A program made the translations under genes and the position numbers. From an uncultured Alphaproteobacteria bacterium (GTDB lineage Bacteria; Pseudomonadota; Alphaproteobacteria; HIMB59), in the NCBI GenBank assembly GCA_902617465.1, contig CACMWO010000001.1, forward strand, positions 1 through 56,074: a stretch of 56,074 nucleotides of DNA. Direction: 5' to 3'. Positions 10,782-19,834 of the stretch are shown here, piece after piece. Within the stretch, counting starts at the first letter, position 1. Each line of letters opens with the position of its first letter. The notes under the pieces were generated by a model, which saw only the letters and a program-made list of their open reading frames with translations, did not search any database and was not told the origin of the DNA.

Positions 10782-12559
10782 AAATATTTCTGTTACTGAC
10801 ACATTCTGAGAAAAGAAGAGCCATTTTGCTTTTAATGATGATATTGATTATGGCCTTCTTAGACACACTTGGAGTAGCATCAATATTACCCTTTATTGCT
10901 GTTCTATCAAATCCTTACCTTATTGAAACAAACGCAATTCTTAATTCAGCCTTTAAATATTCAAATATTTTTGGTGTTGAAACTAATCAACAATTTCTTT
11001 TGTTACTTGGTTTTTTTGTATTTTGCTTATTAGTCTTTTCATTATCTTTTAAAGCTCTTACTATTTATGCACAAGAACGTTTTGTTAAAATGCGTGAATA
11101 TAGTATTGGTAGACGTTTAGTAGAGGGTTATCTGCATCAATCTTATAGTTGGTTTTTAAGTCGTCATAGTGCTGATCTTGGAAAAAATATTTTATCTGAG
11201 GTTGGTGAAGTTATCGTAAAAGCTATAAATCCATTAATCACCCTAATTGCGAACAGTATGATTTCAATTGGGATTTTATCTTTGCTTATTTTTACAAACC
11301 CTCTACTCGCACTAATAGTTGGTTGTACACTCTGTTTATCCTATGGTCTAATTTATATGTTTGCACGTCGTAATCTTCAAAAGATTGGAGAGGAAAGATT
11401 AAATAGCAACGCTTTGCGTTATACTAAAATAAGTGAGGCTTTTGGTGCAGCAAAGGAAGTAAAGGTTAAAGGTCTAGAGAATAACTATGTTAACCTTTTT
11501 TCTGGTCCTGCCATAACCTACGCTAAAACGAACACCGCAATATCAATTATTGAAAAGTTGCCCCGTTATGCACTCGAAATTGTTGCTTTTGGTGGAATGA
11601 TATTAGTTTTGCTGTATATGATGACTTTAACTGGTAGCTTCAATAGTGCTCTTCCAATCATAACTTTATACGCCTTTGCTGGATATCGATTATTACCTGC
11701 TCTTCAATTAATTTATCAATCTCTAGCTTTAATTCGTTCTTCTGACCCTATTGTTGATACTTTAACTAATGATTTAAAATATATTAAAGATATTAAATTA
11801 GATAATGAAAATAAAGTTATGAGTCTCAATGGATCAATTACTTTAAATAATATTCATTACAGTTACCCTAATTCGTCTCGCTCAGCACTTAAGGATATAA
11901 GTCTTAATATCCCTCTAAAATCTAATATCGGTTTAGTAGGTAAAACTGGAAGTGGAAAAACCACGACAGTTGATATCATACTAGGACTATTGGAAGCTAA
12001 CAAAGGCTCTTTGGAGGTAGATGGTAAAATTATAAATAATCAAAACGTAAAATCATGGCAAAGAATTATTGGATATGTTCCCCAAACTATCTTTTTAGCT
12101 GACGATACAGTGGCTGCAAATATTGCACTAGGTTTAAATCAAGAAGATTTTAATCAAGAAGCAATATTAAGAGCTAGTAAAATTGCTAACATACATGATT
12201 TTGTAATGGAAGAATTACCTGATAATTATCAAACTACAATTGGCGAAAGAGGGGTAAGGTTATCAGGTGGACAGCGTCAAAGAATTGGTATTGCAAGAGC
12301 TTTATACCACGACCCTAAGGTTTTAATTCTTGATGAAGCTACAAGTTCATTAGATAATCAAACAGAACAAGCGGTAATGGATGCTGTAAATAAACTTAAT
12401 AAAAATATCACTATTATTATGATTGCACACCGTTTAACAACAGTAAAAAAATGTGATCAAATATACTTATTTGATAAAGGTCAAATAATTGGATATGGAG
12501 ACTTTGATTATTTAAAAGAAAATAATAAATTATTTAATTCAATGTCAGAAGTAGTTTAG
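10778..12559 (+). CDS. ABC transporter, fused permease/ATPase, PglK/Wzk-like lipid-linked glycan flippase
   Basis: N-terminal TM domain with YRLLP; Walker A GKTGSGKT, LSGGQRQRIGIARALY, ILDEATSSLD, IAHRL. Confidence 0.85.
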   Translation: MKIFLLLTHSEKRRAILLLMMILIMAFLDTLGVASILPFIAVLSNPYLIETNAILNSAFKYSNIFGVETNQQFLLLLGFFVFCLLVFSLSFKALTIYAQERFVKMREYSIGRRLVEGYLHQSYSWFLSRHSADLGKNILSEVGEVIVKAINPLITLIANSMISIGILSLLIFTNPLLALIVGCTLCLSYGLIYMFARRNLQKIGEERLNSNALRYTKISEAFGAAKEVKVKGLENNYVNLFSGPAITYAKTNTAISIIEKLPRYALEIVAFGGMILVLLYMMTLTGSFNSALPIITLYAFAGYRLLPALQLIYQSLALIRSSDPIVDTLTNDLKYIKDIKLDNENKVMSLNGSITLNNIHYSYPNSSRSALKDISLNIPLKSNIGLVGKTGSGKTTTVDIILGLLEANKGSLEVDGKIINNQNVKSWQRIIGYVPQTIFLADDTVAANIALGLNQEDFNQEAILRASKIANIHDFVMEELPDNYQTTIGERGVRLSGGQRQRIGIARALYHDPKVLILDEATSSLDNQTEQAVMDAVNKLNKNITIIMIAHRLTTVKKCDQIYLFDKGQIIGYGDFDYLKENNKLFNSMSEVV

Positions 12560-12578
12560 TAATTATTATACATATAGT

Positions 12579-12977
12579 ATGAAATTTGATGAATTAAAAC
12601 TTCCCTCCAATAAAAATTTTGGTTTTTTAATTACATTAGTTTTTTTTATAGTTACAGGATATTTCTTTTTTAAAAGTAATACGTTTATTGCATATATCTC
12701 AGCTTTCTTTGCAATTATCTTTATGTTAACAACTATTTTGAGGCCTCAATACTTATATCAATTAAACATACTCTGGATGAGATTAGGTTTTTTGCTTGGT
12801 AAAATAGTTAGTCCAATTGTTCTTGGTATTATTTTTTTCGGGATATTTACCCCGGTAGCTTTAATTATTAGATTAGTAGGTAGAGATGAATTACGACTCA
12901 AATTTAAAAGAAAAAAAAGCCACTGGATTCCTCGAGATAACTCTAAAACAAGTAAAAACTTTAAAAAACAATTTTAA
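12579..12977 (+). CDS. SxtJ-family membrane protein
   Basis: PSNKNFG, two TM helices, WMRLGFLLGKIVSPIVLGIIFFGIFTP, GRDEL, SHWIPR and terminal KQF. Confidence 0.85.
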   Translation: MKFDELKLPSNKNFGFLITLVFFIVTGYFFFKSNTFIAYISAFFAIIFMLTTILRPQYLYQLNILWMRLGFLLGKIVSPIVLGIIFFGIFTPVALIIRLVGRDELRLKFKRKKSHWIPRDNSKTSKNFKKQF

Positions 12978-12988
12978 ATGATTTAAAA

Positions 12989-13138
12989 ATGGAATTCTTA
13001 AAAGAGCTTTTGACTTTTCTAAGTGTGCGTAAGAAATTGTGGCTTGCACCAATAATTCTTATAATGTTAATCTTAGGTTGGGTTTTAATTAGTGTTCAAG
13101 GCTCTGTAGTTGCACCCTTTATCTATACAATATTTTAG
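12989..13138 (+). CDS. 49-aa DUF5989/SxtK-like membrane peptide (not in ORF track)
   Basis: Translated by hand: MEFLKELLTFLSVRKKLWLAPIILIMLILGWVLISVQGSVVAPFIYTIF; ATG at 12989, TAG at 13136-13138; fills the gap between the sxtJ-like and carbamoyltransferase genes. Confidence 0.9.
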   Translation: MEFLKELLTFLSVRKKLWLAPIILIMLILGWVLISVQGSVVAPFIYTIF

Positions 13139-13149
13139 TTATCCAAAAA

Positions 13150-14217
13150 ATGTATATAATAGGGTTTTCAGCATATTATCATGATAGTGCTGCATGTTTA
13201 TTAAAAAATGGGGAGTTAATTTGTGCGGCACAAGAAGAGCGTTTTACACGAAAAAAGCATGATTCTAATTTTCCTATTCACGCTATAAAATATTGTTTAG
13301 ATGAAGCAAAAATAGACTCCAATAAAATAGAAAATATTGTTTTTTATGAGAAGCCATTTTTAAAATTTGAGCGCTTAATTGAAACCTATTTATCTTATGC
13401 ACCAATAGGTTTTTCTAGTTTTGCAAAAGCGATGCCCTTATGGATAAAAGAAAAATTATTTCTAAAGTCTTTAATATTAAAACAATTAAAGTCTAAAGTT
13501 GATAGTAATATTGATTGGAACAGAAAGCTTCTTTTTTCGGAGCACCACTTATCTCATGCAGCAAGTGCTTTTTACCCATCACCATTTAAAAGAGCAGCTA
13601 TTTTAACAATTGATGGAGTAGGTGAATGGACGACAACATCTTTGGCCGTCGGAAAAGGAAGTAAAATTAATGTGATAAAAGAAATTCATTTCCCACATTC
13701 TTTAGGACTTTTGTATTCAGCATTTACTTATTATATCGGTTTCAAAGTAAATTCTGGTGAGTACAAAATTATGGGATTAGCACCTTATGGCGTACCTCGA
13801 TATGCTGATTTAATACGCAAAAAGATAATAAATATTTCAGAAGACGGAAGTTTTCAATTAGATATGAGTTATTTTAAATTTGCCACTGGATTAACCATGA
13901 CAAGTAATAAGTTTAATACTTTATTCGAAGGTAAGCCTCGTAAACCAGAGACTAATTTGACCCAACGTGATATGGACTTAGCAGCCTCTATCCAAAAAGT
14001 TACGGAAGAAATTATTGTTAAACTTGCAAAAGGTATTGCTAAAGATACTGGAGAGAAAAATCTCTGTTTAGCTGGCGGTGTTGCACTAAATTGTGTAGCA
14101 AACGGGATTTTGCATAGAGAAAATATATTCGAAAATATTTGGATACAACCAGCAGCTGGTGATGCAGGGGGGGGCAGTTGGGGCAGCTTTATCTGCTTGG
14201 CATATTCATTTAAATAA
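13150..14217 (+). CDS. NodU/CmcH/SxtI-family O-carbamoyltransferase, N-terminal part (frameshifted)
   Basis: YHDSAA, AAQEERFTRKKHD, EHHLSHAASAF, DGVGE, GEYKIMGLAPYG, AGGVALNCVANG, QPAAGDAG; frame breaks at the G8 run 14167-14174. Confidence 0.92.
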   Translation: MYIIGFSAYYHDSAACLLKNGELICAAQEERFTRKKHDSNFPIHAIKYCLDEAKIDSNKIENIVFYEKPFLKFERLIETYLSYAPIGFSSFAKAMPLWIKEKLFLKSLILKQLKSKVDSNIDWNRKLLFSEHHLSHAASAFYPSPFKRAAILTIDGVGEWTTTSLAVGKGSKINVIKEIHFPHSLGLLYSAFTYYIGFKVNSGEYKIMGLAPYGVPRYADLIRKKIINISEDGSFQLDMSYFKFATGLTMTSNKFNTLFEGKPRKPETNLTQRDMDLAASIQKVTEEIIVKLAKGIAKDTGEKNLCLAGGVALNCVANGILHRENIFENIWIQPAAGDAGGGSWGSFICLAYSFK

Positions 14218-14989
14218 GGATAGATATGTAACATCAGAATTAGATAAAATGAAGGGCGGGTTTTTAGGACCAAAATTTACTAATGATGAAATTGAAATAG
14301 AACTCAAAACATGCGGCGCTACTTTTAAAAAAATGTCAGATGAGGATATGATTGAGTATGTAGCAAATGCTTTGGTAAAAGGAAAAGCAGTAGGTTGGAT
14401 GCAAGGAAGGATGGAATTTGGTCCAAGGGCGTTAGGTAGTAGAAGTATTATAGCAGACCCTCGATCACCAAATATGCAGAAAACACTTAACTTAAAAGTT
14501 AAATATCGTGAGAGTTTTCGTCCATTTGCGCCTAGTATTCTTTTTGAAGATGTTAGCGAATGGTTTGAGTACAATACGCACTCACCATACATGCTTTTTG
14601 TTGCGAACGTAAGAAAAGATAAACATGTTAAAATAGAAGCTAAAGAGCAGTCTTTATTTGGCATTGATAAACTTAAAGTACCTCATTCTATTGTTCCAGC
14701 AATAACGCATGTTGATTACTCCGCGCGTATCCAGACAGTGCACATCGATACGAATCCATTATTTTATTCAGTCATTCAAAAATTTAAAAAAAAAACAGGT
14801 TGCCCTATTGTTGTAAACACGTCTTTCAATATTCGTGGTGAACCAATAGTTTGCTCACCAACTGATGCATTTAAATGTTTTATGGGAAATAAATTAGATC
14901 TTTTAGCAATTGGAAATTTTATTTTACTTAAAGACGATCAAAATAAAAAAATGATAAATTATTATGAGCAAAAATATGAATTGGATTAA
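14159..14989 (+). CDS. O-carbamoyltransferase, C-terminal part (frameshifted)
   Basis: GAVGAAL, QGRMEFGPRALGSRS, KYRESFRPFAPS, HVDYSARIQTV, NTSFNIRGEPIV; joined product would be 612 aa. Confidence 0.92.
   Translation: MMQGGAVGAALSAWHIHLNKDRYVTSELDKMKGGFLGPKFTNDEIEIELKTCGATFKKMSDEDMIEYVANALVKGKAVGWMQGRMEFGPRALGSRSIIADPRSPNMQKTLNLKVKYRESFRPFAPSILFEDVSEWFEYNTHSPYMLFVANVRKDKHVKIEAKEQSLFGIDKLKVPHSIVPAITHVDYSARIQTVHIDTNPLFYSVIQKFKKKTGCPIVVNTSFNIRGEPIVCSPTDAFKCFMGNKLDLLAIGNFILLKDDQNKKMINYYEQKYELD
14167..14174 (+). repeat. G8 homopolymer at the carbamoyltransferase frameshift
   Basis: gatgca-GGGGGGGG-cagttggg; G7 restores DAGGAVGAAL. Confidence 0.9.
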
Positions 14990-16088
14990 AATTTCACTCA
15001 TTAATTTTGTAATATTTTTTTTGCTCATTATTGTAATAGAAGTTGGACTTAGATTTATATGGACTGGTTATCAATGTTACAAAAGCGATTGTAATTTCTC
15101 TAGAATTACTAATCTTTCCATTTATGATGTTTTAAATGAGTTTCTTGATATAAATCTTGGATTTACAAAATACGATAAAGATCTAGGGTATATTCCTAAT
15201 CCTGGTTTTGAAAAAACAATTAATGCAAAGGGCTGGAAAAATAAATATGTTTCTGTGGATAAATATAGTTTCAGAAAAAATAATTCAGATAATATTCCAA
15301 GACATTTAGATCAAAATCATACAATACTTGCTGTAGGAGACTCATTTACATTTGGTGATCAGGTTAGCAATCATGAAACTTGGCCTGCTTGTCTTGAAAG
15401 AGAATTAGGAAAAACCGTCTTAAATGCAGGGGTTCCCGGATATGGAGCTGCTCAAGCAGTTAAAAGGGCCTCAATGATTGATAAAGATTTTGATATTAAC
15501 ACAGTAATATTAAGCATTTATCTCAATGATGATTTCCACAGAGACCAGAATATTTATTTAAATGGATTTCCCAGACCTTCAGTAATCAAATCAAATGGAC
15601 AAATAAAATACGATAAAGTTCCCGATTTGGCCGATATTGGAACAAATTTCAATCCAAAAGGTCAAAGAGTATTTTTGGCATTTATAAAAAATAACTCAAT
15701 GCTAGGTTCAAGAATTATTGATGCCCTTAACATTGATTTATCAGGTAAAAGCAAATTTAAAATACACCCCAAATCAGCACAAATTAACGAAATTATAAAT
15801 TTTACAATTTCAGAATTTGAAGAGCTAAGTATAAAAAATAAATTAATTGTTTTTCAATATGCTAAACATGATTTGTACGATGAGAATTATGCTGTACAAA
15901 AGACACAACATATACGCGAGCAGGTTTCAAGTATCTTGAATGAAAAAAAAATAGATTTTGTTGATACTTATAATGTTTTATTTTTAAACGATAAAAAAGG
16001 ACTTAAGAAAGTTTGGTATTCTCATCATTCACCTTTTGGAAATGAAATAGTGTGTAGCCAATTGTTAAAATTTTTAGCCCAAGACTAA
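14964..16088 (+). CDS. Membrane-anchored SGNH/GDSL hydrolase-family protein (SxtL-like position)
   Basis: N-terminal TM helix; LAVGDSFTFG, VLNAGVPGYG, YLNDD and C-terminal HHSPFGN; alternative start at 14976. Confidence 0.8.
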   Translation: MSKNMNWIKISLINFVIFFLLIIVIEVGLRFIWTGYQCYKSDCNFSRITNLSIYDVLNEFLDINLGFTKYDKDLGYIPNPGFEKTINAKGWKNKYVSVDKYSFRKNNSDNIPRHLDQNHTILAVGDSFTFGDQVSNHETWPACLERELGKTVLNAGVPGYGAAQAVKRASMIDKDFDINTVILSIYLNDDFHRDQNIYLNGFPRPSVIKSNGQIKYDKVPDLADIGTNFNPKGQRVFLAFIKNNSMLGSRIIDALNIDLSGKSKFKIHPKSAQINEIINFTISEFEELSIKNKLIVFQYAKHDLYDENYAVQKTQHIREQVSSILNEKKIDFVDTYNVLFLNDKKGLKKVWYSHHSPFGNEIVCSQLLKFLAQD

Positions 16089-18016
16089 TTGTTAATTTTA
16101 GATAATATTTTTTCAGCTAACATCAAGGAACCATCATTATAAATATGACCTCCTGCATCTACAACAGGACTACCATCATCCATTAAAGCATGGCAAAGAT
16201 CTTTTTCACAAAAGATATCTAAGCTATCAACATAATTAATACCTTTTATATTTTCAAGAAATGATGAAGTTAAACCAATCTTATTTCTTTGATCAGATGC
16301 CTTTACATATAAAAGACTTATATCTTTTGTCTTATTGTATATTTGTACCTTAGAAATATACTTTGATATATCTACAGGAAATATGGGACCCTCCAATACA
16401 AAAACAACACTTTTATTATTTCTTATTAAATTTTTACTAGTTTTTGCAATTTGATCTTTTAATGACTTTAAACTTGGTTTTTTACCATCAAGATAAAAAA
16501 TATTCTTATCTTGATCTATTAAATTCCTATAATTTCCAATCCAAATAATTTCTTTTAACTCCTTTTCTCCAATAAACCAGTCCATTAAATTTTTTTGCCG
16601 ATTATCTCTACAGTTAAATCTTTTATCTATTCTTGATATGCCCGGAACAGGAGGACATCCATCACTAATTATTGCTATGTAAGACTTTTGATTTTCTATC
16701 AACAGTTCGTTCATACCAAATATTGCAGATCCAGCAAATGAGTCTCCCCATAAAATACCACTAGGCTCAGACGATTTATCACCTATTTTACATACATGAC
16801 CAGATATATTATTAATACTAATTGAATTTGATCTACAAAAATTAACCCAACTTGTAACTTCATTTTCTTTAACTTGGATATGTTTAATTTCTTCAAATTT
16901 TTTTCTATCTATATAACCGTCTGATGAAATCCCAATAATTCCAATAGATATTAATAAAGTTAATGAGCTAATAAGAATAAATAATATTTTTTTTCTTGAA
17001 AATATGTGACCATTGTTGACTCTAAAAGGCTGTTCAATAAATTTATAAGTGAGTCCAGATAAAATTAAAATTGAAATACAAATAGCTATAATCATTGTAA
17101 AACTTAATTCCCCAAATTGACGTATTCTAGTAAAAGCAAACAATGGTTGATGCCATAAATAAGCTGAGTAACTAATTAAACCCACACTTACGAGTATCTT
17201 ACTGCTGAGTATTTTTGCAGCTAAAGTTTCTTTGTGCGCATAAATAATTAATAGCATAACACCAATAACTGGAACAAGAGTATAGATACTGGGAAATGGT
17301 GTATTTTTATCATACACAAAAATTGAAAATGTTATAGCGCCTAAACCAAGTATTGATAAATAATTATTTTTTTGAATACCCTTGCTCTGAATAATAAATG
17401 CCGAGATAGATCCAGCCAAAATTTCCCAGGCACGTGTTGGAGCTAAATAGAAATTGGCAACCGCTTGATTGCGCCAACCCCACTCGCTTAGTACTATACT
17501 AATCAAAGTAATAAAAAAAATTATCCAAAAAATTTTATTTTTTCCAAAACTCCATACAAAAATAAGAAAAATTGGAAAGAAGATATAAAACTGTTCTTCA
17601 ACCGCTAAACTCCACGTATGTAACAAAGGCATTTCGTCTGCTTTATAGAAAAAATAATCAGTCTTTTTCCAAAATAATATGTTTGATACAAATAAGCTTA
17701 CTGCAATAAGACTTTGTGAAAAATTTTTCATTTCATTTGGAAGCATCCAAATCCAAGAAAAAGGTATACAAAAAAGCATTATAAAAATAAGTGCTGGAAG
17801 TATTCTTCTTGCACGTCTTTCATAGAAGTTGATCAAATTAAATTTCCGTTTTTCAATATCCTCTAAAATAATTGTTGTTATCAAATAACCACTTATAACA
17901 AAAAAAACATCGACGCCTACAAACCCACCTTTGAATAGTTCAAATCCAGCATGAAATAAAATCACTGGAATTACTGCTATACCTCTTAGCCCGTCTATTT
18001 CACTACGATATTTCAT
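16085..18016 (-). CDS. OafA-type acyltransferase-3 fused to SGNH domain (O-acetyltransferase)
   Basis: IDGLRGIAV, GVDVFFVISGY, RRARRILPAL, HTWSLAVEEQFY, SYSAYLWHQP; C-terminal LWGDSFA...GH. Confidence 0.9.
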   Translation of the reverse strand: MKYRSEIDGLRGIAVIPVILFHAGFELFKGGFVGVDVFFVISGYLITTIILEDIEKRKFNLINFYERRARRILPALIFIMLFCIPFSWIWMLPNEMKNFSQSLIAVSLFVSNILFWKKTDYFFYKADEMPLLHTWSLAVEEQFYIFFPIFLIFVWSFGKNKIFWIIFFITLISIVLSEWGWRNQAVANFYLAPTRAWEILAGSISAFIIQSKGIQKNNYLSILGLGAITFSIFVYDKNTPFPSIYTLVPVIGVMLLIIYAHKETLAAKILSSKILVSVGLISYSAYLWHQPLFAFTRIRQFGELSFTMIIAICISILILSGLTYKFIEQPFRVNNGHIFSRKKILFILISSLTLLISIGIIGISSDGYIDRKKFEEIKHIQVKENEVTSWVNFCRSNSISINNISGHVCKIGDKSSEPSGILWGDSFAGSAIFGMNELLIENQKSYIAIISDGCPPVPGISRIDKRFNCRDNRQKNLMDWFIGEKELKEIIWIGNYRNLIDQDKNIFYLDGKKPSLKSLKDQIAKTSKNLIRNNKSVVFVLEGPIFPVDISKYISKVQIYNKTKDISLLYVKASDQRNKIGLTSSFLENIKGINYVDSLDIFCEKDLCHALMDDGSPVVDAGGHIYNDGSLMLAEKILSKINN

Positions 18017-18239
18017 TATAAAAACCCAAGATACTAATAATTATTAGATGATTTGTTTTAAAACTTATATCTTTTTCTTATTAATTTCATATTTTTATTA
18101 GAAAGATTTATAAAAAAGTTGCATATAAAATTTTAAGAAATTTATAACTTTAGGAACGCTTTCTTAAACAACAAAGATAGTCAAAAAAATTTATAAAATA
18201 CATTTTAATTCTCATATTTTTTTAAATTTGATTTTAAGT

Positions 18240-18268
18240 TTGTGAAAATTGATATCAATACATATAAT
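18240..18268 (+). promoter_or_regulatory. Putative sigma70 promoter of the C-methyltransferase cassette
   Basis: TTGTGA (18240-18245), 17-nt spacer, TATAAT (18263-18268), ending 22 nt before the ATG at 18291; the AT-rich background lowers significance. Confidence 0.5.
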
Positions 18269-18290
18269 GTAATTTCCATGAGATTTTTTT

Positions 18291-19190
18291 ATGTCTTGTA
18301 TATATTGTAACTCTGAAGTCATCGAAGTTTGGAATTTAGGAGAGTTTCCACCATCTGATACGTTTTGTAATAGTGAGAAGGCTTCGCTTGAAATTTTATC
18401 TGAAAAACTTGCAGTTGGAGTTTGTACTTCTTGTGGCTTGACCCAAAATACTGTTTTATTAAGTGAAAAGATAAGATACGAGGATAATGATTATGCTTAC
18501 AATTCAGCAAATTCATCCTATGCTAAATCACACTGGGCAAATTTCACAGAAGATTTAAAGAAAAAAAAATTATTAAATAATAAAGTAAAAGTTTTAGAAG
18601 TTGGTGCCAACGATGGTTTCCTTCTAAATTTAATTAAGTCTCATTTTCCTAATTCTGATCTCACTGGTTTAGATGCTAGTCCATTTCAAGTATCTAAAGC
18701 TAATGAAAATTTTCCAAATATAAAAATGATTCACAATATTTTTGGTATATCTGATGATTTATTGTCAAATCATTTTTTTGATATAGTAATAGGAAATAAT
18801 GTTTTAAATCACTCAAATCAATTAAATAAATTTTTATCAAGAGTTAAAGATGTTTTAGCAAAAGACGGTTTTTTTATTTTTGAAGTACCTGCACTTGATG
18901 TTATGTTTTTAAAAAATAAATGGGATATGATTTACCATGAACACGCTTCTTATTTTAGCATAAATTCAATATTGAATATTTTTCCAAATGCAGGTTTCGA
19001 AGTAGTTAGCATTGAGTTAAGTGATTATCATGGGGGCTCATTTAGAGTATTAGCAAAACAAGCTGAGTCTTCATTGAGTGGTAGATTAATAACGACAAAT
19101 TATGAGCATGAAAGTTTATCAAAAATAAAGGCAACAGCTGAAAAGCAAAGAGAAACCCTGCTCAAAAAAAATCAAATCAATCAAAAGTAA
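18291..19190 (+). CDS. NDP-sugar C-methyltransferase (Zn-binding, TcaB9/NovU-like), N-terminal part (frameshifted)
   Basis: CIYC...CTSC zinc ligands, VLEVGANDG, NNVLNH, DMIYHEHASYFS, YHGGSFR. Confidence 0.88.
   Translation: MSCIYCNSEVIEVWNLGEFPPSDTFCNSEKASLEILSEKLAVGVCTSCGLTQNTVLLSEKIRYEDNDYAYNSANSSYAKSHWANFTEDLKKKKLLNNKVKVLEVGANDGFLLNLIKSHFPNSDLTGLDASPFQVSKANENFPNIKMIHNIFGISDDLLSNHFFDIVIGNNVLNHSNQLNKFLSRVKDVLAKDGFFIFEVPALDVMFLKNKWDMIYHEHASYFSINSILNIFPNAGFEVVSIELSDYHGGSFRVLAKQAESSLSGRLITTNYEHESLSKIKATAEKQRETLLKKNQINQK
19164..19171 (+). repeat. A8 homopolymer at the C-methyltransferase frameshift
   Basis: ctc-AAAAAAAA-tcaaatc; A7 fuses the ORF to the downstream domain. Confidence 0.85.
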
Positions 19191-19464
19191 CTCCTCTAAA
19201 AAAATTTATTTTTTTGGAGCTCCAGCAAAAGGTGTAACATTTATTAATTATTGTGGACTTTCTAGTGATCTAATAGAAGGATGTCTAGAAAATTCATTAG
19301 ATAAGATCGGTAAATTCATTCCAAAATCTGGCTTACCCATTATTAGCGAAAAAAATGTTGAACAGGGATCTTATGCTATAAACTTGTTATGGAATATCCC
19401 CGATGTATTTGAAGTTTTTTGTAAAAAAAATAACTTGGAGGAAATAAGCTATGAAATTAATTAA
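19171..19464 (+). CDS. C-terminal domain of the C-methyltransferase (no start of its own; not in ORF track)
   Basis: Hand translation IKSIKSNSSKKIYFFGAPAKGVTFINYCGL...DKIGKFIPKSGLPI...LLWN...EIN-stop; joined product would be 390 aa. Confidence 0.85.
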   Translation: MKSIKSNSSKKIYFFGAPAKGVTFINYCGLSSDLIEGCLENSLDKIGKFIPKSGLPIISEKNVEQGSYAINLLWNIPDVFEVFCKKNNLEEISYEIN

Positions 19465-19834
19465 GTTCAAGCCAAATTTTACAGACAATAGAGGTTCGAT
19501 TACTGACCTTTTTTATGATGAAACTATTAATCATGTAACGCATATTAAAACAACAGATACATCCTCTGTTCGTGGAAATCATTATCATAAAAAAACAACA
19601 CAAGCTATGTATATAATAAAGGGTAGTTTAAAATATTGGTACAAACAATTAGGGGAAAATGAAACAAAATGTGTTCTTGTAAAATCAGGTGAAATGGTTG
19701 TTACTAAACCAAACGAAGTCCATGCAATTTCCTTTGAAGAGGAAAATGAGTTTATAGTTTTTTCTTGGGGTTTGCGAGGTGGTAAAGATTATGAAATCGA
19801 TACATTTAGAGTTGATAATATTATTAAATCTTGA
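19451..19834 (+). CDS. Cupin-fold NDP-sugar epimerase/isomerase
   Basis: FTDNRGSI, VRGNHYH and PNEVHA motifs. Confidence 0.75.
   Translation: MKLIKFKPNFTDNRGSITDLFYDETINHVTHIKTTDTSSVRGNHYHKKTTQAMYIIKGSLKYWYKQLGENETKCVLVKSGEMVVTKPNEVHAISFEEENEFIVFSWGLRGGKDYEIDTFRVDNIIKS

Noticed and set aside
12579-16088. Saxitoxin biosynthesis cluster (sxtI/J/K/L-like genes)
   Set aside because: No sxtA, sxtG, sxtB or other core toxin genes; the context is entirely polysaccharide synthesis
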